DNA of 64,000 nucleotides from Nannocystis pusilla (GTDB lineage Bacteria; Myxococcota_A; Polyangia; Nannocystales; Nannocystaceae): NCBI RefSeq assembly GCF_049060185.1, contig NZ_JBMEQO010000002.1; one strand, 5' to 3'. Shown piece by piece: positions 58,518 to 64,000 of this stretch (position 1 is its first letter; each line of letters starts with the position of its first letter). The notes under the pieces were generated by a model. It saw only the letters and a program-made list of their open reading frames with translations, ran no database searches and was not told where the DNA came from. The position numbers and the translations under genes were made by a program.

Positions 58518-59449
58518 GTGGACGTGCTCGCGCGCGAGCTCGCCGTGTCTGTCGCGCCCGATCGGTGGACGCTTCGCCAGGGCGAGCCGCTCTATCTGAC
58601 CTTCCAGGTGCGGCTCGTCGCGGGCGAGCCGCTGGTCCTGATCGAGGGCGGCGATTACCGCAACCGCCTGGGCCGGCCCGAGAGCTACGCACTCTCGGCG
58701 TTCGACGTGGAGCGCGGGCGCAGCCTCCCGATCCGCGACGCAGGGCCCCAGCTGGGAGGCGTCGTAGGCGGCCGGCGTCTGTCGGTCGACAAGCCGTTCC
58801 GAGGCGGCTGCTGCTCGCGCACTGGGTCCGCTTCGAGGCCGCCGGCGCGCACCGGATCGTGATCGACAAGCAGCTGCGATGCGCGGAAGCGCCGTGGTCC
58901 GGGGAGAGCCTGCGAAGACCGGCAGCGGAGGTCGGCGTCCAGGTCTCGACGACGCTCGCGGTCCAGCCACCCGATCGCGCGGCGCTCGGCTCGGTCATCG
59001 ACGAGCTGGGGCGCCAAACGCTGTCCGCCGACGACACGGTCTGGCGCGAGGCGGAGCAGGCGCTCGCCACCGTCGAAGACAGCCGCGTGGTCTCGCACTA
59101 CGTGCGCCTGCTGCAACACACCGGGGAGCGGCCCTTCCTGGCGCTGCAGCGGTTGTGTCGCCACGGGACCGACGAGGCGCTCCATGCCCTCGGCGAGGCG
59201 CTCGCCTCGCCGGCGTATCGCTCGTACGAGGTCGTGCTCGGGCTCGGCGCCAATCCGCACCCGGGCGCACTGGAGCTGCTATGGTCGTTTCGCCGCGACG
59301 AAGCAGCCAACATCCGCCTCGCGGTGCTTCAGGGCGTGTTCCAGCGGCGCCCTGCGGATTGCCGCGAGAGGATGCGGCGGTTCCTCGACGATCCGGAGGC
59401 CAGCGTGCGCGAGGAGGCGCGGCGGCTCGTGGCAGAGCTCGCGGGATAG
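58518..59449 (+). CDS. hypothetical protein with C-terminal HEAT/PBS-lyase-like repeats; 1 frame break near 58800
   Basis: C: HYVRLLQHTGERPFLALQRL...DEALHALGEALASPAYRS...NIRLAVLQGVF...DPEASVREEARRLVAEL. Confidence 0.4.
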
Positions 59450-59693
59450 TGGCGCTGGCCTTTCCACGTCGGGCGGGAGGGGTAACGTGGCTTCGCCGTG
59501 CGCGGGAAGAAGAGCACCGGGCAGTCGTGGCGAACCGCGGGCCCCGGGGGCTCGCGGGAGCGCAGCGGGCATGTCAAAGCCGGCGCGTCCGCGGGTGCGC
59601 GCGCAGCTCGACTCGACCTGCGTCGGCCGTTGACTCCCGCGGCGAAACAAATCCTGCGGACGCGCGACAGAAACCCCGGCGTGATGGAGAAGC

Positions 59694-60723
59694 ATGGACA
59701 TGACCGCCAGCCAAGTTCGCCTCCTCTGGTGCGTCACGCTCGCCGTGTCGATCGTCGCGCCGGCTTGCTCCGTTCCTAAAGACCGGGCCACCGATGCGAG
59801 CACCGGCGACAATCCGGGAGCGAGCGAGACAGCAGGCGGCACCGAGGGAATGTCGAGCTCCGTCGAATCGACGAGCCCGGGGCCCGGCAGCGGCGTCACG
59901 GACGTCATGACGACCGGGACCGGCACGACCGAGGAGGCGTCGGGCACCTCGAACACCGGCAACGCCAGCACGAGCGAGCCCGGCGAGGGCAGCGCGACGA
60001 CGGGGTGCGATTTCGTGTGCCCCCGGACATGGGCCCCGAGATCCCGCAATGCGACCCGATGGCGCAGGACTGTCCGGCCGGGCAGAAATGCGTGTGGTAC
60101 GCGGCGCCGGGCGAGATGCGCCGCCGCGATCACGCGCGCTGCATCGACGTCGTCGGCGACCGCGCGCCGTTCGCGGCGTGTTCGCTGCCGAACGGGATCT
60201 GGCTCGACGTCAGCGACGATTGCGGCCCCGAGTCGTTCTGCCTCGAGGCGTTCGGCGTCACGGACCACGGCTTCTGTGCGCCGTATCCGAAGCCCGCGAG
60301 CCAGGATTGCAGCGATTTCCCGGGCACGCACTACGCGACCGAGAACGGCTCGATCTTCCCGCACGCCTGCCTGCACTTCGAGTGCAACCCGCAGGCGCCG
60401 GAGACGTGCCCGGCCGAGCTGCAGTGCCTCTTTTACCCCGCGTTCCTGTACGGGACGAACTTTTGCTGGCAGGTCCCGCCGGGGAGCTGCCGATCGGCAG
60501 CGGCTGCGACTTCGATCGATGCGGAGAGGGCAAGTTGTGCCTCCCGGCCGAGCACGTGCCCGGCTGCGCCGAGGAGCGCTGCTGCAGCGAATGGTGTGAC
60601 CTCGCGGCGCCGGATTGCAGCGACCCGGCGGCGAGCTGTGATGATTTCCCGGTGTGGTCGGAGGAGCACCCGTCATTCGCGACGCTCGGCGCTTGCGTGG
60701 TCCCGGGCTCGCTCGATCCATGA
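59694..60723 (+). CDS. Cys-rich secreted lipoprotein; 2 frame breaks
   Basis: Signal MDMTASQVRLLWCVTLAVSIVAPACS, T/S/G-rich linker, then a Cys-dense domain CDPMAQDCPAGQKCVWY...CLHFECNPQAPETCPAELQC...CSEWCDLAAPDCSD spread over three frames. Confidence 0.5.
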
Positions 60724-61260
60724 TTCAGCAGAGCAGGTCCGTGCCCGCACGCCTGCGCCGACGGCTCGCGGCTGTCCGTCGCAGCCGCGAGCCGCGCGGT
60801 GAACGGCGACCTCGCGTGCGTCCTGGAGGGTCGGTCGAGGCCGCGAGGGCGCCGGCGTGCCGAGGTCCTCGCGGCGCTCTGGGACCCATCCGTCGGCCCG
60901 TAAGGCCATCTCGGTCGCCGCGGCGGCTGCGCCGGCTTGCAGAGGCCGGCGATGCCTCGCTCTCCGGCGCGGGCCCTGGGGGCGCGGAGCGGCGCCGCGA
61001 GCGGCGATGCGGGCGCCGCGGCCTCGATCCGAAGATGACATTCGGGTAATCCAATCCAGCGAGTGCGGTCTGGACGGGGCGCCAGGGGCGCTTTGCTCAT
61101 GCGAGTCGCAAAGCCGCTTGCATGCTGAGCCGTGGTGCGGTATCTACGTACCACGCGGGTGCGTATCCGCGTAGGGTGTGGCGGGAGGTCCGTCACAGGT
61201 TCTGGAGTGGTCGGGCCGCCATTCCGCAGATCGCAGGAGCGATCGCGGAAGACGATCCCG

Positions 61261-61737
61261 ATGCAACCAAGCCTGTTGGACTCACAGTCCGTTCCGACCC
61301 TCATCAACACCGCGCTGACGGGAGGCGCGATCAGCCCGCTCATGAAGCAGGCGGTCGTCATCCCGGTCTTTGTCGCCTTCCTGGCGCTGCTCTGGTTCGC
61401 GTTGCGAGCGCGGCACCAGACCCGCCCTCGCTGGCTCGACAAGGCAGCAGTGATGGCGCTGGTCGTGTTGGCCCTGCTCACGAAGCCGGACCGAACGCAG
61501 CATTTGACGGCGCTCCGCGCGACGGCCTCGTTGAGCGATCCGGTGCTCATCCACGGGAATTACCTCCTGGTCTCGGCGACCACCGGGGAGGCGACCGTCG
61601 CCGTCGGCGTTTTTGGCAGGGTGTTCGTGTTCCAGCGCGGACGCAGCCTCCGCGGTGAAGCCGTCGAGCGACGCACGACCCGCCCCCAGCGAAGAGGCGT
61701 GAAGGCGGGCGGGGACGAGGCGCTGCCGATCACGTAG
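61261..61737 (+). CDS. hypothetical membrane protein
   Basis: MQPSLLDSQSVPTLINTALTGGAISPLMKQAVVIPVFVAFLALLWFAL...AAVMALVVLALL has two TM helices. Confidence 0.4.
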   Translation: MQPSLLDSQSVPTLINTALTGGAISPLMKQAVVIPVFVAFLALLWFALRARHQTRPRWLDKAAVMALVVLALLTKPDRTQHLTALRATASLSDPVLIHGNYLLVSATTGEATVAVGVFGRVFVFQRGRSLRGEAVERRTTRPQRRGVKAGGDEALPIT

Positions 61738-61887
61738 CGCGTCCGAGTTCCCGCCGTTCGTCGCAGGGTCAGGTGCCCTGCTTCACGAGCGCACCTTCTG
61801 CACGACCTCGCAATCCTTCGCCGTCGATGTGCCGCTCTGACGCGGCACGCGCCGTCCGAAGATCGAGCTCGAATCGCTGTCGCGGCC

Positions 61888-63151
61888 TCAACCGCGATCG
61901 AACGCCGCCGCGATCGCCTCGTTCTCGAGGCAACTCGTCGCCACCCGCGACAAAGTCGGGTCGTGCCGGTGCAGGCACGGCCGCGCGCCCGGGAAGTGCA
62001 GGTCCGGGTCCTCTCCCGCTTCGACCTCGAGCACGAACAGCGCGTCACGGGTCACCACGATCGGCATGTCGGCGGCGAGCGGCGCCCGACGCTTCTCCGT
62101 CCCGTCGCGGGTCAGCGCCACCAGCTCGTCCTCGGTGCGAAGCAGCCACCCGTCGTCCCACGCGAACACTTGGTCCGCCCAGGCGTCGGGGATCATCGGG
62201 AACGTCAGCACCTGCGCGCCGTCGGCCGCGTGGACGCTCCAGCGCGGCTCGGTCCCCGCGTCGTCGTCACCGGGCAGCGACACCAGCAGCTCCCCGGCGT
62301 CGGTCACCGCCGCCCGTGTCGCCGATTCGTGCCGCAGCTTGCTCCCGCGGACCTGCACCGGCGCGGCGATCGCCTGGCCGGTGCGCGTGTCGAACACGAG
62401 CGCCTCGACCATCTCGACGAGCCGCGTGCTCGCCGTCGTCCCCGGGGCCGCGCAATACGCCCCCGCGATGCGCGTGAACACTGCGAAGCGCCCGCTCGGC
62501 GCGACCCGCAGGTTCCCGCCGCTCCCCGACGTCAGCCGGTCCGTCGCCAGCGGGCACTTGGTCGGCCAATCCGCCGGGAACCCCGGGGCGAGGGTGAAGC
62601 GAGCCCGACGTCGGGCGACCAGCCGATGACCCGATCCTCACGCGGCTCCGACGGCCGCAGAAGCACCAGCGTCCCGCCCTCGCTCGCCAGCAACGTCTCC
62701 ACGTACTCGAGCTGCGGCGCCGGGCCCAGCGCCGCCTCCCAGGCCATCGGCGGCCCCTCGAGCACGTCCCCTTCGTGCTTGTGCAGCAGCGCCACGAGCC
62801 CTGTGGCCGCTCCGTCGGCCCTCCTCGTCTCTGCCACCGCCCGCAGCAGCGGCAGGCTCGGCGGGCCGGCCGAGTGCCCCTTGCGCGGCCCCGAGGCGCG
62901 CAGGCCCAGCTTCGGCCCCGGCGCCAGCTCGGCCCCGCGAAACGTCAGCACCGCGCCCGCGCCGTACTCGACCGAGACCTGGCGATCGCCTTCTTTCAGG
63001 TGAAGCTCGAGCCCGATCAGCGCCAGCTCCGGCGCCCCGCCCATCATCTGCAGCGTGGGCCCGAACGCCATCACTTCGCGGGACTGGGGCGCGCACGCGA
63101 CGAGCGCCAGCGCCAGCGCCACGCACCCCGACTTGCTCGCGTCGTCTGCAA
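61888..63151 (-). CDS. hypothetical lipoprotein assembled from 2-3 frames
   Basis: MVADDASKSGCVALALALVACAPQ (lipobox) ...VSVEYGAGAVLTFRG...; downstream MFTRIAGAYCAAPG...PRWSVHAADGAQVLTFPMIPDAWADQVFAWDDGWLL in the neighbouring frame. Confidence 0.35.
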
Positions 63152-63348
63152 CCATTCGCGCTCCACCGTACCACGAACCCTGGGGCCGGAGCTTCGTCCA
63201 GGCGACTTCGGGTTGTCCAGCCAGTGGCGGATTCGACCGTCTCATTCAGCCAGTGAGGAGCGCGACCTGGTGCAGTCGGATGGCTGCACGGGAGCGCAAG
63301 GCTGACTGCGCGGCTGCTTGCCCACGTTTCGGCTTGCGCCAAAGTCTC

Positions 63349-63622
63349 GACATGCTCAAATGCGCTGTCACCCTCATTTTCTCCCTGGGACTTCCCCGCC
63401 ACCGAGGAGCGCCCATCGCAAGTTGCGACGCTCACCGAGCCGGGGGATGGGGCCGAGGAGAGCCCCGCGAGCTCCATGAGCCTCGAGGAGGTCGAGGCGA
63501 ACGGCGACGAACGGGCGTGCGACGTTTCGTGCCAGTCGACCGATGGCTCGCAGACCTGCTGCTGCACTGTCGGCCAGAAGTGCGTCATCTATTGGTCGTA
63601 CTGCGAGTGCGATGCCGCGTAG
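63349..63622 (+). CDS. candidate small secreted Cys-rich peptide; unambiguous core is 63476-63622 (48 aa, 8 Cys)
   Basis: MSLEEVEANGDERACDVSCQSTDGSQTCCCTVGQKCVIYWSYCECDAA*. A possible signal-like start MLKCAVTLIFSLGL at 63349 is one frame off. Confidence 0.35.
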
Positions 63623-63646
63623 GCTCGACGACGGTCTCCCGTCGGG

Positions 63647-64000
63647 TCACTCGGGTGGGCAGACGCGCGGGAGCAGGACGCGCTCGACGCCGTCGTCGAA
63701 CGCGACCACGAGCTTGCCCTCACGCTCGGCGCGTACGGTGCCGGCGCCGAACTTCGCGTGACGCACGCGGCGAGGCGACGACGGGGCGGGGGCCTCTGCG
63801 AGGTCGTCGCGTCGCGTCGCACGCTCGAGCAAGCGTCGGAGTCGTTCGAGATCGTGACGCCGGCGCAGCGCCGTCCGTCCGAGCCGCACGTAGACCGCGT
63901 CGGCCGAGGCGAGCGCCTCCGCGGCGCTCGTATCTCCGTGGAGCACCGAGAGCACGGCGCGTCGCTCCGGCCATGCGGCGTCGCTGCCCGGCACCCACGT
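63647..64000 (-). CDS. UvrD-like helicase C-terminal (Tudor-like) domain protein; partial, may continue past window end
   Basis: RVRHAKFGAGTVRAEREGKLVVAFDDGVERVLL resembles the UvrD/PcrA C-terminal KFGEGxV...V.F motif. Confidence 0.35.
   Translation of the reverse strand, partial: TWVPGSDAAWPERRAVLSVLHGDTSAAEALASADAVYVRLGRTALRRRHDLERLRRLLERATRRDDLAEAPAPSSPRRVRHAKFGAGTVRAEREGKLVVAFDDGVERVLLPRVCPPE

Overview
This 64-kb window has roughly 72% GC and reads as a gene-dense chromosomal segment. It is probably myxobacterial (Myxococcota-like): lipobox lipoproteins, TSP3 and Cys-rich secreted proteins, and many signalling proteins. No rRNA, tRNA, CRISPR array, transposase or prophage genes could be supported.

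Recognisable content, from 5' to 3':
- A Fic-family gene running off the window start.
- Three hemerythrin-like genes at 2.0, 2.5 and 37.2 kb.
- A degraded sigma-70 fragment.
- A signalling module at 7.4-14.8 kb: two NarL/LuxR response regulators converging on a giant fused CheB-CheR-PAS-PAS-HisKA_3/HATPase kinase, plus a stand-alone CheB-like methylesterase.
- A GQ-rich stress-like protein preceded by about 30 copies of a 9-bp core GCGAGCAGG at 19/21-bp spacing.
- A GT1 glycosyltransferase, a KGG-repeat stress protein, an ABC exporter, a beta-lactamase-family hydrolase and an AraC regulator.
- A complete ADP-heptose pathway (gmhA, hldE, gmhB) embedded among three GT9 heptosyltransferases, two GT4 glycosyltransferases and an SDR.
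- An EEP-family nuclease/phosphatase, a CrtI-like FAD oxidoreductase, an SDR, a GAF histidine kinase, a Zn-ADH and an inorganic pyrophosphatase.
- A second che-like module: REC-HK-REC hybrid kinase, CheB, CheR, and a CHASE3-GAF-HK-REC3 hybrid kinase.
- CsbD, a TSP3-repeat lipoprotein, an (AAEPAK)6 lipoprotein, an SDR divergent from a LysR regulator, a GST, Cys-rich lipoproteins, and a candidate 48-aa 8-Cys peptide.

Two cross-cutting observations:
1. Intergenic DNA is unusually rich in structured repeats. There are at least six tandem arrays with units of 50-150 bp. There is also a dispersed palindromic element, CATGTCC-N4-GGACATG, at nine or more sites.
2. About half of the recognisable genes need one or two 1-nt frame corrections to give a full-length protein. 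Nearly all of these sit in G/C homopolymer runs. That pattern fits uncorrected long-read indel errors better than mass pseudogenisation. Every coordinate below therefore carries extra uncertainty.
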